Of a stretch of DNA of 33,702 nucleotides, positions 7,943 to 16,450 are shown one piece after another (position 1 is the first letter of the stretch; every line of letters begins with the position of its first letter). Both the position numbers and the translations under genes were made by a program. Below the pieces are notes generated by a model. That model saw nothing but the letters and a program-made list of their open reading frames with translations, did not search any database and had not been told where the DNA came from. The stretch is from a virus (lineage: Duplodnaviria; Caudoviricetes), in the IMG/VR virus record IMGVR_UViG_3300022695_000109, positions 1 to 33,702 of that record; one strand, given 5' to 3'.

Positions 7943-8145
7943 AACTCGAAGTAAACCAGGCCCACATTTTACCTGCGCAAGATCACAGGATGGTGGGGGC
8001 GGCGCTGAAAATCCTTGCATCTGGCGGGATGGTTTTGACGCGCGATCAAATGTCCAGGGCGGCGGGCACAACGGCATATTTCTGGGACAAGAACGCGGCA
8101 AACATTGTGCGCCTCGTGAAAAAAATGTCGTCGGATGATGCGTGA
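7939..8145 (+). CDS. Small putative DNA-binding protein
   Basis: AAGGAGG RBS; LTRDQMSRAAGTT is HTH-like. Confidence 0.55.
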   Translation: MKLEVNQAHILPAQDHRMVGAALKILASGGMVLTRDQMSRAAGTTAYFWDKNAANIVRLVKKMSSDDA

Positions 8146-8917
8146 TTTCGGAATTATCAGAACGAGCCTTTGGCGCTCGAAAAGGTGGCGTTCGCTCAAG
8201 AATGATCTGAGCCGGCTGGCCTACATATACTTGCACACATCCCCTCACGGCAACTCTGTCGGGGCGTTTATCTGCCCCCCGGAACTGGCTGCGCTCGACG
8301 TCAGACGCAAGGCAAAAGAGATTCGGCAATCGTTCCAGGAACTCAATTCATCGGGGTTAATTCGGTATGACGAGGACGAGGAATTAGTGCAGATTGTGGG
8401 CTTTCTCGACGCCAATCCGCCGACGTCCAGGAAGCATTTAGCCGGCCCAAAACGTGCCCTGGAAAGTCTGCCGCAATGCCCCTTAAAGTTGCTGGTTGCG
8501 GCGGATCTGGCAATCTCGATTTATAAGAGGGCAAAAACGTGGGGGACAGAGGTCGACGCGCGTGCATCCTTCATGCAAGACGCGGCAAACCTCATCAATA
8601 AAAACGATCTAAAACAAAGGCTTGTCGATCCCGGCATGGGCTTGGATGAGGCGTTCCTCATAGGGCTATCGAATGACCTAATGATAGACCTAGACATAGC
8701 ATTTATAACAAACATAACTACAAACACAAAGACAACTACAACGACAAAGACAAACACAACGACAAACACAAAGACAAACACAACGGGCCAAAAACCACTG
8801 ATTTCGCGCAAAACGCGCTCCCCGAAACTTCAATCCCCGCCCAGTGGGGGCGGTCAATCAGTCCCGGACGATGTTGGGGCAATCATCTCAGAGTTGCAAA
8901 GGAAGGCGGCAGAATGA
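8135..8917 (+). CDS. Phage replication initiator-like protein
   Basis: N-terminal winged-helix-type pattern (LWRSKRWRSL...RLAYIYLHTSPH.N..G.F, L...GLIRYD), low-complexity T/N/K linker, and position after the control region. Confidence 0.65.
   Translation: MMRDFGIIRTSLWRSKRWRSLKNDLSRLAYIYLHTSPHGNSVGAFICPPELAALDVRRKAKEIRQSFQELNSSGLIRYDEDEELVQIVGFLDANPPTSRKHLAGPKRALESLPQCPLKLLVAADLAISIYKRAKTWGTEVDARASFMQDAANLINKNDLKQRLVDPGMGLDEAFLIGLSNDLMIDLDIAFITNITTNTKTTTTTKTNTTTNTKTNTTGQKPLISRKTRSPKLQSPPSGGGQSVPDDVGAIISELQRKAAE
8660..8785 (+). repeat. Iteron-like tract: four degenerate 12-mers followed by 13 ACAA(A/C)N-type hexamers
   Basis: ATAGGGCTATCG/AATGACCTAATG/ATAGACCTAGAC/ATAGCATTTATA, then in phase ACAAAC, ATAACT, ACAAAC, ACAAAG, ACAACT, ACAACG... 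to 8785. Confidence 0.75.
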
Positions 8918-9144
8918 CCTCCCAGACGATGCTCAGACCAGACGGCTCGGACGGTGGCCCAGGGTTCCCAGCGATCACAGGCCAGCACCTCGGCATGAGC
9001 CTGAGAGATTTCTTCGCAGCCCAGGCAATCCAGGCAATCATCCAAACCACGCAGCACGCCAGCCTCGAACTGCAAGCCGCAATGGCCTACGAAACCGCCG
9101 ACGCAATGCTGGCCGAAAGGATCAAAAAAAATGGCAGGACGTGA
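8914..9144 (+). CDS. Conserved phage protein of the 'GMSLRDYFAA' type
   Basis: GGPGFP...GMSLRDFFAAQA...AMAYETADAMLAER motif. Confidence 0.8.
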   Translation: MTSQTMLRPDGSDGGPGFPAITGQHLGMSLRDFFAAQAIQAIIQTTQHASLELQAAMAYETADAMLAERIKKNGRT

Positions 9145-9568
9145 GCGAGATAAAAAACCCAAACGCGGCGCCCGATTGTGGACAGACCCGGCCGAACTCG
9201 AAGCCCTAATCAACGAATACTTCGAGAGCCGAAACATGCCGGATATGCCCCCCCGTCCAGCAACCACAACCGGACTGGCTCGGAGCCTCGGAATTTCGCG
9301 GCACACGCTGCTCAATTACAGCCGCCGAGATGAGTTTGCCCTCGTCCTTGGTCGGGCCAGGGATCGGATTGAGGAATTCGTGGAAGAAGCGCTGTTCTAT
9401 TCTCAGTCAAACCGGGGCGCCAGGTTTTCGCTGGAAGTCAATTTCGGGTGGTCTGATCGGCACGATGAGGGCGAAACAAGCGAGGGCCTGACGATGAAGC
9501 AAATCGCCCCGGACCCGCAAAAACTAGCGATTGTCAAGTTTGAGGATGAGGATAACCCCCCAGATTGA
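9131..9568 (+). CDS. terS: Terminase small subunit (P22 gp3-like DNA-packaging protein)
   Basis: LEALINEYF...PATTTGLARSLGISRHTLLNY...EF...GARFSLEVNFGW pattern. Confidence 0.8.
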   Translation: MAGRERDKKPKRGARLWTDPAELEALINEYFESRNMPDMPPRPATTTGLARSLGISRHTLLNYSRRDEFALVLGRARDRIEEFVEEALFYSQSNRGARFSLEVNFGWSDRHDEGETSEGLTMKQIAPDPQKLAIVKFEDEDNPPD

Positions 9569-9683
9569 CCGGAAACCGGCCTAGGTTTGTTCAAAACCTG
9601 TCAAGCAGAAAGTTTTTGGGTGATTGTGTACCACAGATTTAGACGCGCTCTAGCCCACCTTAAAATAAGAGAGAGATATAACC

Positions 9684-10070
9684 ATGAGAAGAACACTAAA
9701 CCCGGAAACAAAGCTTCAAATCTCGATAGTCGGCTATTTACGCCTCGGTTTAAGGCCCGGCACGATCTTCTGGCACACGCCGAACGGGGTCCAAGGGGCC
9801 GGGGAAAAGGCCGCGCGACAGAACGCCAGGCTCAATTTACTCGGGCAAATGGCGGGCTTCCCGGATATCTGCATCGCAAGCCGGGGCGTGGTGTACGGGG
9901 TCGAGGTTAAGACACCAAAAGGCCGCCAATCCGATGCCCAAAAGCGGGTCGAACTGGCGTTCTCATTCCAGGGCTGGGAGTATGCCATAGTGAGGTCCCT
10001 GGAAGACGTGAAAGACTGCCTGAGAAGGTGGCACATTCCTATGCGATACAAACAGGAGAAAAGGCTATGA
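9684..10070 (+). CDS. VRR-NUC domain nuclease
   Basis: E..LQ, HTPNG, GFPD and EVKTPKGRQSDAQ motifs. Confidence 0.88.
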   Translation: MRRTLNPETKLQISIVGYLRLGLRPGTIFWHTPNGVQGAGEKAARQNARLNLLGQMAGFPDICIASRGVVYGVEVKTPKGRQSDAQKRVELAFSFQGWEYAIVRSLEDVKDCLRRWHIPMRYKQEKRL

Positions 10071-10363
10071 ACAGGAAAGACGAAATCAAACAAGATGCCG
10101 ATGAGTTTCTGCGGCAAAACCCCCTCGTTTGGGGCACCTTCACGCGCTTCACATTCGAGGCAATTCACCGGGGCTTTAAGAGGTATTCTTCTAAGGCAAT
10201 CTTCGAGCGTCTGCGGTGGGAGATGGACACGGCCGACATTAACGGCACGTCTGTTTTCAAGATAAACAACAACTGGCAACCACACTTTGCGCGCCGGTTT
10301 ATGGTAGAACACCCCGAGTTTGAGAATTTCTTCGCCACGAGAAAGTTGACAAGTGATGCCTGA
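10067..10363 (+). CDS. Conserved hypothetical phage protein
   Basis: ATGA-coupled start MNRKDE; NP.VW..F...AIFERLRWE...FKINNN...FARRFM pattern. Confidence 0.75.
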   Translation: MNRKDEIKQDADEFLRQNPLVWGTFTRFTFEAIHRGFKRYSSKAIFERLRWEMDTADINGTSVFKINNNWQPHFARRFMVEHPEFENFFATRKLTSDA

Positions 10364-11981
10364 ATGGTCCTTCGAGACATCCCCAATCGCGTTCGACTAT
10401 CTGAATGACCGCCACTTTGCGGCTTTCGCGATCGGGCCGGTGGGCTCGGGCAAGTCGGTTCCGTCCCTCATGCGCATACTACAGATCGGCAATGAGCAGA
10501 TCCCGAACGATCGGGGGATTAAGCGCAGCCGGTTCGCGGTTATTCGGAACACGCTGCCAGAACTGCGGGCGACAACCACCGTCACCTATCAGGAGATCTA
10601 CCCGGCAAACCAATGCGGCGATATAATCTGGCGATCACCGGCGACCCACATCATCAAGCCGCGCGGGTCTAACCTTGAAATAGAGGTGAACTTCATTGCC
10701 CTGGATAAGCCCAAGGACGTCAAAAAACTGCTGTCTCTGGAATTGACCGGCGCTTTTCTCAATGAGGTGCGGGAAATCCCCAGGTCTGTTGTCTCGCGCA
10801 TGACGGAGCGCGTCGGCCGCTTCGCTATCAACGATCGGGAAACTACCTGGTCGGGCTTGTGGGCCGATACAAACCCGCCCGACACGGATCATTGGGTTTA
10901 TGATTGGGACAAGGTAAACAGGCCGGCAGGGTTTGAGTTTTATCATCAGCCGCCGGGCGTGTTGGAGGTCAAGCCAATCCCAGGCGGGGCAATCATTGAT
11001 GATGAGAACTTTCCTGAGCATCAGGGGAAACGAATTTCAAGCGCGGTGGTGACGGCGAACTATCGGGGCCGGGTCCAGCGGGTCGATTGCCCGATTGATG
11101 TTATCAAAGCGGCGGATCGGTATTGGATCATAAATCCTTACTCGGAAAACATGGTGGCGCTGTCCCGGGTAAACGCCGGGGTGAACCCTCTCGGCTCTCA
11201 ATCCTACTACGGCCGGGCGCTGGCGGGGAAGACAGTCGCGGAAATCAGAAGCTATTTGCAGGGGATTTACGTTTACGTCCAGGACGGGCGGCGGGTTATT
11301 CCGCAATATAACGACGACGTGCAATCGGTCGACCACCTTTCCATCCTGGAAGACTTGCCGGTTTACTGCGGGATGGACATTGGCGGGGGCACGCTGCAAC
11401 CGAGCGCCGTCTTTATCCAACGGCATCCGCGCGGAAACTATCTAATACAGGGCGAGGTGGTTTGTTATGACATGGGCGTCAAGCGGTTTGGTGAAATGGT
11501 GTCAACGTTTATGGTGCGGCATTTTCAAAAGCAGATAGAGAAGGGCCTGGTTGGGACGTTCTGGGGCGACCCTGCGGGCGTCAAGCGGGATGAGATATTC
11601 GAGACGGCTTCGTTTGACTACCTGAGAACCAAGCACGGGTTTGACATGCAAGGGGCGCCAACACAGGATCCCAAGATGAGGATTGCGGCAGTATCCGGGC
11701 CGTGTGAGCGGCTAATCGACGGCAAGCCGGGGCTTTTGCTCGATCGGAAACGATGCCCTATTCTGCGCAAGGCACTGGCCGGCGCCTGGTATTTCAAGCG
11801 ATACCAGATGAGCGGCGAAACGGCATACAGCGACAAGCCAATCAAAAACGACTACTCGCACCCGGCCGATGCGCTCGGTTACGGGCTGTTGGGGATGGGC
11901 GAATTCAGAAACCTGGGAGGCCGCCACTTGGAAAGGGGCAGAATACAGGGAACGGTTGACAATGATTTCAGCGTATTTTGA
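10356..11981 (+). CDS. terL: Terminase large subunit
   Basis: Walker A GPVGSGKS, Walker B FLNEVRE, coupling motif DTNPP, nuclease GMDIG, GDPAG and SHPADALGY. Confidence 0.95.
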   Translation: MPEWSFETSPIAFDYLNDRHFAAFAIGPVGSGKSVPSLMRILQIGNEQIPNDRGIKRSRFAVIRNTLPELRATTTVTYQEIYPANQCGDIIWRSPATHIIKPRGSNLEIEVNFIALDKPKDVKKLLSLELTGAFLNEVREIPRSVVSRMTERVGRFAINDRETTWSGLWADTNPPDTDHWVYDWDKVNRPAGFEFYHQPPGVLEVKPIPGGAIIDDENFPEHQGKRISSAVVTANYRGRVQRVDCPIDVIKAADRYWIINPYSENMVALSRVNAGVNPLGSQSYYGRALAGKTVAEIRSYLQGIYVYVQDGRRVIPQYNDDVQSVDHLSILEDLPVYCGMDIGGGTLQPSAVFIQRHPRGNYLIQGEVVCYDMGVKRFGEMVSTFMVRHFQKQIEKGLVGTFWGDPAGVKRDEIFETASFDYLRTKHGFDMQGAPTQDPKMRIAAVSGPCERLIDGKPGLLLDRKRCPILRKALAGAWYFKRYQMSGETAYSDKPIKNDYSHPADALGYGLLGMGEFRNLGGRHLERGRIQGTVDNDFSVF

Positions 11982-11993
11982 GGGGGATTGAGC

Positions 11994-12476
11994 ATGGAAA
12001 AACCTAATATAGACCTATCCAAAGAAACGATCTTGCGTCTCTGCAAGGGCAACGTGAAACTTCTGCCCCGCTTTGTGGTGGTTGACGATGTGGCCTGGCC
12101 GTGGCCGGATCACGTCCGGGTCGATAACCTCGGCCGGCTACACATTCGCAAGACGACGTTTCTGCGCACGGTGGCGACCGAGCTGCCCGTTAAGCCCGGT
12201 TTGTGGATCAGGGGCGACAGCCAGGAATACAGCATTGATCTACAACCGCACCAACTTGAAGGCGGGGCGGACCAACAAAAAGAAGTGGGGCGCCGGGACG
12301 TTCTAAATATCGCCCGCCCTATTGCGAAGCAGGATGCGTTTGGCAGATACCCAGGAGGGAAAGACTATGGCAAAGCTAATTCCAAGGCTGACCGGCACGC
12401 AAACACTGGCGGGGATGACCCAGCAGCTACGGCCGGAGGCCAAGGACGAGGCGTTCGATCAACTGTCCACGATTAG
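11994..12476 (+). CDS. Hypothetical protein
   Basis: GAGGGGG RBS after terL; the 3' end overlaps the next gene by 110 nt. Confidence 0.55.
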   Translation: MEKPNIDLSKETILRLCKGNVKLLPRFVVVDDVAWPWPDHVRVDNLGRLHIRKTTFLRTVATELPVKPGLWIRGDSQEYSIDLQPHQLEGGADQQKEVGRRDVLNIARPIAKQDAFGRYPGGKDYGKANSKADRHANTGGDDPAATAGGQGRGVRSTVHD

Positions 12477-12819
12477 AGCCGGCATAGAGAGATCCCGCTG
12501 GCAATGGTGTTTAGAGCGGGACGACGGGTCTCTGATTGCGGCGGCCATGATTTACCCGGACGGCATCAATCGCGGGTGGGTCGCGGGGTTCCCTGCCGCC
12601 AATATGAGGGCGGTCGAAATACGACCGTTGCTCAGGTTATTTACTATTTATTGCCGCATGATGCCCAAAATGTCCCTTCGTGCCTGGATTGATGCGAATG
12701 ACCAGCGCGCCATAACCTTTGCAAAGGCGTTTGGTTTAGCCTACGATTGCGGCCCAGCGGTGGGTCTCAGCCAAGACGGCCGGGACATGAACTTATATCT
12801 AAGAAAGGGAACGCCATGA
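12367..12819 (+). CDS. GNAT-fold protein (T7 gp13-like putative acetyltransferase)
   Basis: GGAGGG RBS; LRAWIDANDQRAITFAKAFG matches the GNAT C-terminal motif; located before the portal. Confidence 0.55.
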   Translation: MAKLIPRLTGTQTLAGMTQQLRPEAKDEAFDQLSTIRAGIERSRWQWCLERDDGSLIAAAMIYPDGINRGWVAGFPAANMRAVEIRPLLRLFTIYCRMMPKMSLRAWIDANDQRAITFAKAFGLAYDCGPAVGLSQDGRDMNLYLRKGTP

Positions 12820-13019
12820 GCAAACTGTTTGGGAGCCACGGAGCCCCGCAGGAAACGGTAGCCGTTAAGGAAGCGCGCAAGACCGCACAGAAAACAACTG
12901 AACAGGCAGCGAGAACGCAGCAAGGCGCGGAACGCGGGCGGCGGGCCAATAGCCGGGGCCGGAACTTCTTGCTTGGCATGATTTCAAACGGGCTTCTGAA
13001 AAACACCCTCGGGGGGTAA
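12816..13019 (+). CDS. Small basic virion-associated protein upstream of the portal
   Basis: ATGA-coupled start MSKLFG, ends in TLGG; typical pre-portal gene of podoviruses. Confidence 0.65.
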   Translation: MSKLFGSHGAPQETVAVKEARKTAQKTTEQAARTQQGAERGRRANSRGRNFLLGMISNGLLKNTLGG

Positions 13020-13022
13020 GCT

Positions 13023-14672
13023 ATGGCTCAGTGGAGTGAAACCCAGGCGCGCAAACGGGCAACGCGTGCCAAAGGGGAAAAAGAAACCGCCGATGCGCTT
13101 TATCGTGAGGCAATGGAAATCACCTTTCCGGAGCGCATGACGATGAACGGGGCCACGCCTGGGGCCAGCAAGAACACAAAGAACTGGGACGGACAGTCGA
13201 CCGTTTCCGTTATTCGATCGGCAAACAGGTTTTCGTCAGACTTCACGCCACAGTTTTCGCCGTGGTTCGAATTAACGCTGGGGCCCGCAGCGGAGGAAAT
13301 GCCGGACCGGGCGTTTGAGGCGCTGGCCGGCAAAACCAAAGACGCGGCCAGGCAAGAACTGGAATCCGTTACGGCAATCACGCGCGCCGTGTTCCAGGGC
13401 CCAGGGTTCGCGACGTCCAGTCACGAAATGTATGTTGATTACCAATATGGCATGGGCGGCATTTCAATGATGCCAAACGAGGATCTATCCGGGCCGCCTG
13501 TCATTTTCACGTCAATGCCTCTCGGGCACTTCTGGCCGCAGCGGGGGCCCAATGGGATAATCGACAAGTGGTTTTTCTGGATCAAGCGCAAAGCCGACGA
13601 TGTTCTAAAGGAATGGCCCGACGCCAAGCTACCGGCGCGCATGGCGGAAATGGCGCAACTGCCAGAGCCGCCCGACGTGAAACTGATTGCGGTGTGTTAT
13701 CGTGACTACGACATAAGAGACCGCGCCAAAAAGCCGTTCCGCTATGAAGTATTCTGGCAGTTTGGCAAATCGTTTCACCGCCTGGTCGAGCGCCAGACCG
13801 TTTCGCCGGCGTTTATCACGCCGCGCTATATGGTTTTGGCTGGTGAAAACATGGGCCGGGGCCCGGTTTTGTTTGCGATTGCCGACATTCGGACGGCGAA
13901 TAAGATCGTTGAACTCACGCTTAAATCGGCTTCGATCGCTGTTGCCGGTGTTTACACAGCCACAGACGACGGGCTTGTTGGAGAGGGAACAATCAGGATT
14001 GCACCAGCCTCGGTGATAAAGGTACGACACAACGGCGGGCCAAGCGGTCCATCCTTGCAACGCCTGGAAACCCCGACGCGCCTGGACTTCTCGCAGCTTT
14101 TGCTCGACCAGCTGCACCAAAATATCAAGAAGGTCCTCGGGGATAACTCACTTCCCCCAGAAGCCGGCCCGGTGCGATCGGCTACAGAGTTTGTTCAGCG
14201 GGTCCGGGAACTTATTGCGGATGCGGCCGGCGGTCTAGGGCGTCTACACTCTGAGTTTGTGGTGCCGGCTGTCCAGCGTGCGATTGATATTCTCGACGCC
14301 AAGCAGATCTTGCCGGCCGGTCTGGCGGTAGAAATCGACCAGTTTATTGTGCAGGTGAAACTCACCTCACCGCTGGCGAAGCAAGAAAGCCTGGGCGAAG
14401 TCAAGAACCTCATTCAGTTTGTGGAGTTGCTCGGAAAGATTGGCGGCCCGGAAATGCAGCATTTGGTTGCCGAGGTGGACGGGATCATGGCCGAGGTGGG
14501 CGATTTGCTCGACGTGCCGGCGAAATTCATCCACACCAAACAAAAGAGAACGCAGATAATGGCAAGCGCGGCCCAAGTGGCAATGCAACAGAACGGCGCG
14601 CCGCCGGGTCAGGTCGCACAGGTCGGTCAAGCGGTTCATCAAGTAGCGGGGCAACAACAAAATGGCGGATAA
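13023..14672 (+). CDS. Portal (head-to-tail connector)
   Basis: 549 aa; WF.L, PRY...GE..GRGP, SATE...R and SPLAK motifs of T7/BPP-1-type portals. Confidence 0.93.
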   Translation: MAQWSETQARKRATRAKGEKETADALYREAMEITFPERMTMNGATPGASKNTKNWDGQSTVSVIRSANRFSSDFTPQFSPWFELTLGPAAEEMPDRAFEALAGKTKDAARQELESVTAITRAVFQGPGFATSSHEMYVDYQYGMGGISMMPNEDLSGPPVIFTSMPLGHFWPQRGPNGIIDKWFFWIKRKADDVLKEWPDAKLPARMAEMAQLPEPPDVKLIAVCYRDYDIRDRAKKPFRYEVFWQFGKSFHRLVERQTVSPAFITPRYMVLAGENMGRGPVLFAIADIRTANKIVELTLKSASIAVAGVYTATDDGLVGEGTIRIAPASVIKVRHNGGPSGPSLQRLETPTRLDFSQLLLDQLHQNIKKVLGDNSLPPEAGPVRSATEFVQRVRELIADAAGGLGRLHSEFVVPAVQRAIDILDAKQILPAGLAVEIDQFIVQVKLTSPLAKQESLGEVKNLIQFVELLGKIGGPEMQHLVAEVDGIMAEVGDLLDVPAKFIHTKQKRTQIMASAAQVAMQQNGAPPGQVAQVGQAVHQVAGQQQNGG

Positions 14673-14931
14673 TGATGTTATTCCTGACGGTCTATCGTGG
14701 GCCGAAAGTGAGGTTATTGGAGGGCTCAATGAGGAGTTGGCGCAGATTTACGCCGCTTGCTTTGGCACGCCCGCCGGCCGGGCCGTATTGGCCGACATGC
14801 GCAAGAAGTATGTGACCGTGACGAGGTTTGTCCCTGGCGCGGGCGCAGAGCATGGCTTTTACCGGGAAGGCATGGCGCAAGCCGTGTTTGAGATTGAAGA
14901 ACTCATCAAAGCAGCGAAAGGGGGCTTGTAA
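14662..14931 (+). CDS. Bbp19-like protein
   Basis: Y..CFGTPAGRAVLADM...FYREG motif, immediately after the portal. Confidence 0.75.
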   Translation: MADNDVIPDGLSWAESEVIGGLNEELAQIYAACFGTPAGRAVLADMRKKYVTVTRFVPGAGAEHGFYREGMAQAVFEIEELIKAAKGGL

Positions 14932-15221
14932 TGTCCACAAAGAAGAAACCCAAGACGGAAGAAAAGATCACGCGTGAGCCTGTCGTTATGCCTATTCGCC
15001 TGGGGCACAAGCGCCGGGTTGTTATGGCGGTCGAGGCGATGGGCCTTCACTCGGATAAGGCGCTGAGCGAGATTGATCGGTTTATATTCCGGGGCACTTC
15101 TATCGAGGATCGGACCGAGGACTGGGAGGGTGTCGCTAAAATTAGGGCGTGCCTTGAGGATTTTTACCGGGACGTTATGTCGATCGTGTATCCTATGGAG
15201 ACCGAAAAAGACGACGAATAA
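14931..15221 (+). CDS. Hypothetical protein
   Basis: TAATG-coupled ORF in the head module. Confidence 0.65.
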   Translation: MSTKKKPKTEEKITREPVVMPIRLGHKRRVVMAVEAMGLHSDKALSEIDRFIFRGTSIEDRTEDWEGVAKIRACLEDFYRDVMSIVYPMETEKDDE

Positions 15222-15246
15222 CCCCAAACCAAGCGGAGAATAAGCC

Positions 15247-16209
15247 ATGTTTGTCAGAAAATATATCGAACTATTGCGCGCACCTGAGAGCGAAGGCGGC
15301 GGCGGTGATGCCTCGGCCGATACCAGCGAGGGCGGCGAGGACAAAGGGGAAAGCGTCCTTGATAATGTCGGGGGTGACGGCCAGGAGGGCGACCAGAAAG
15401 CCAGCGGTGACGCGTCTGGGGATCAAGGGGGCGACGCGGCGGCCTATGTGCCGAAGGGGTTGCCGGACCACATGGTTGGGGAGTCCCAGAAGGACACCTT
15501 AGACAATCTTTTCAAAGCCTACAAAGGCGCTCGGGATAAGATCGCCGGCGGCAAGATGGGTGAGGGCGACGTGCCCGAAAAGATCGACGGCTACAAGATA
15601 GAGCCGACGGGCGAGGACGATGTTATTGGGACGGAACTCAACAGCGCCGACAGCAAGCCAATCGTTGACGCGTTCAGGTCGGCGGCGCTCGACCTGGGCA
15701 TGACAGATCAGGTGTTTGAGAAATTCATGCGCGAGGGCCTGGGCAAGGTGACGGAGGCGGGAATCCCAATCGGGAAGAACGACGAGGAAATGATGCAGAT
15801 TTCCGCGCAAGCAGAAATGGAAAGCCTTGTTTCGGTGGTGGGCGATGAGAAGTCGGCGAAGGAAATGCTTCTCACGGTCGACAACTTCGGGCAAAAGCTT
15901 CTGGACACTGGGTCAATCACCAAAGATGAGCAGCAAGAATTCCGGATTATGTGCGGGACGGCTGAGGGTGTGCGGGTGATGCACAAGATCCTCGTTGATG
16001 GTCTGGGCGAAAAGCCAGTGCCGCTTCTTGGTGGTGGTCTCGAAGGGGAACAGGTCACGCAAGCCGACGCCTACGCCTTCCACGCCTCGGCCCTGAAAAT
16101 GCCCGCCGGCTCGGAACGTGATGCCGCTCTTGGCAAGGCTGAAAAGATGTTCGAGAAAGCTTTCGGCACCGGCAACGCGACCCAAGTTAGAAGCCGCGTG
16201 TTGAGTTAG
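15247..16209 (+). CDS. Capsid scaffolding/assembly protein
   Basis: Acidic Gly-rich N-terminus, VPEKIDGY motif, position between portal and capsid. Confidence 0.8.
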   Translation: MFVRKYIELLRAPESEGGGGDASADTSEGGEDKGESVLDNVGGDGQEGDQKASGDASGDQGGDAAAYVPKGLPDHMVGESQKDTLDNLFKAYKGARDKIAGGKMGEGDVPEKIDGYKIEPTGEDDVIGTELNSADSKPIVDAFRSAALDLGMTDQVFEKFMREGLGKVTEAGIPIGKNDEEMMQISAQAEMESLVSVVGDEKSAKEMLLTVDNFGQKLLDTGSITKDEQQEFRIMCGTAEGVRVMHKILVDGLGEKPVPLLGGGLEGEQVTQADAYAFHASALKMPAGSERDAALGKAEKMFEKAFGTGNATQVRSRVLS

Positions 16210-16229
16210 GAGAGAAACTAATATAGTAT
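16201..16229 (+). promoter_or_regulatory. Sigma70-type promoter of a candidate sRNA
   Basis: TTGAGT (16201-16206), 17-nt spacer, TAGTAT (16224-16229). Confidence 0.5.
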
Positions 16230-16235
16230 AGCCCC

Positions 16236-16315
16236 ACCGGGTCCTCATGTTTCAACCCCATTGATCGCTCCCCGGCTGACTGGCGCCCTGTATCTTCCTG
16301 CGGGGCGCCCTTTTT
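16236..16315 (+). ncRNA. Candidate ~80-nt small RNA
   Basis: Bounded by a promoter and an intrinsic terminator; CCGGG/CCCGG stem closes a pyrimidine-rich loop; no convincing plus-strand ORF. Confidence 0.4.
16282..16315 (+). terminator. Rho-independent terminator
   Basis: GGCGCCCTGTA-TCTTCC-TGCGGGGCGCC hairpin followed by CTTTTT. Confidence 0.8.
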
Positions 16316-16323
16316 ATGAATTA

Positions 16324-16352
16324 TTGACAGACTTTTCTTCTGGGCGCATATT
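16324..16352 (+). promoter_or_regulatory. Promoter for the capsid operon
   Basis: TTGACA (16324-16329), 17-nt spacer, CATATT; AAGGAGG RBS before the capsid start. Confidence 0.65.
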
Positions 16353-16450
16353 ACGGCAAACGCAGACCCAACAGTGACGGCCTTCCCGTTTATCGGCCCT
16401 GATCCTTTGGCCCTCGGTTTTCTCAACTGAAACGCTAAGGAGGTGGCAAA

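Noticed and set aside
8708-8785. CRISPR array or frameshifting phase-variable tract
   Set aside because: The units are 6 bp, in frame, with no spacers and no cas genes.
8521-8811. Hydrophobic Val/Phe-rich minus-strand ORF as a membrane protein
   Set aside because: It is simply the reverse translation of the ACAA hexamer array.
9569-9683. Promoter upstream of the VRR-NUC gene
   Set aside because: A good -10 (TAAAAT at 9661) is present, but the -35 is poor, so it is not called as a feature.
16249-16290. Solitary CRISPR-repeat mimic (GTTTCAA... start) as an RNA anti-CRISPR
   Set aside because: Only the first 7 nt resemble a repeat end, and the internal palindrome expected of a type I repeat is missing.
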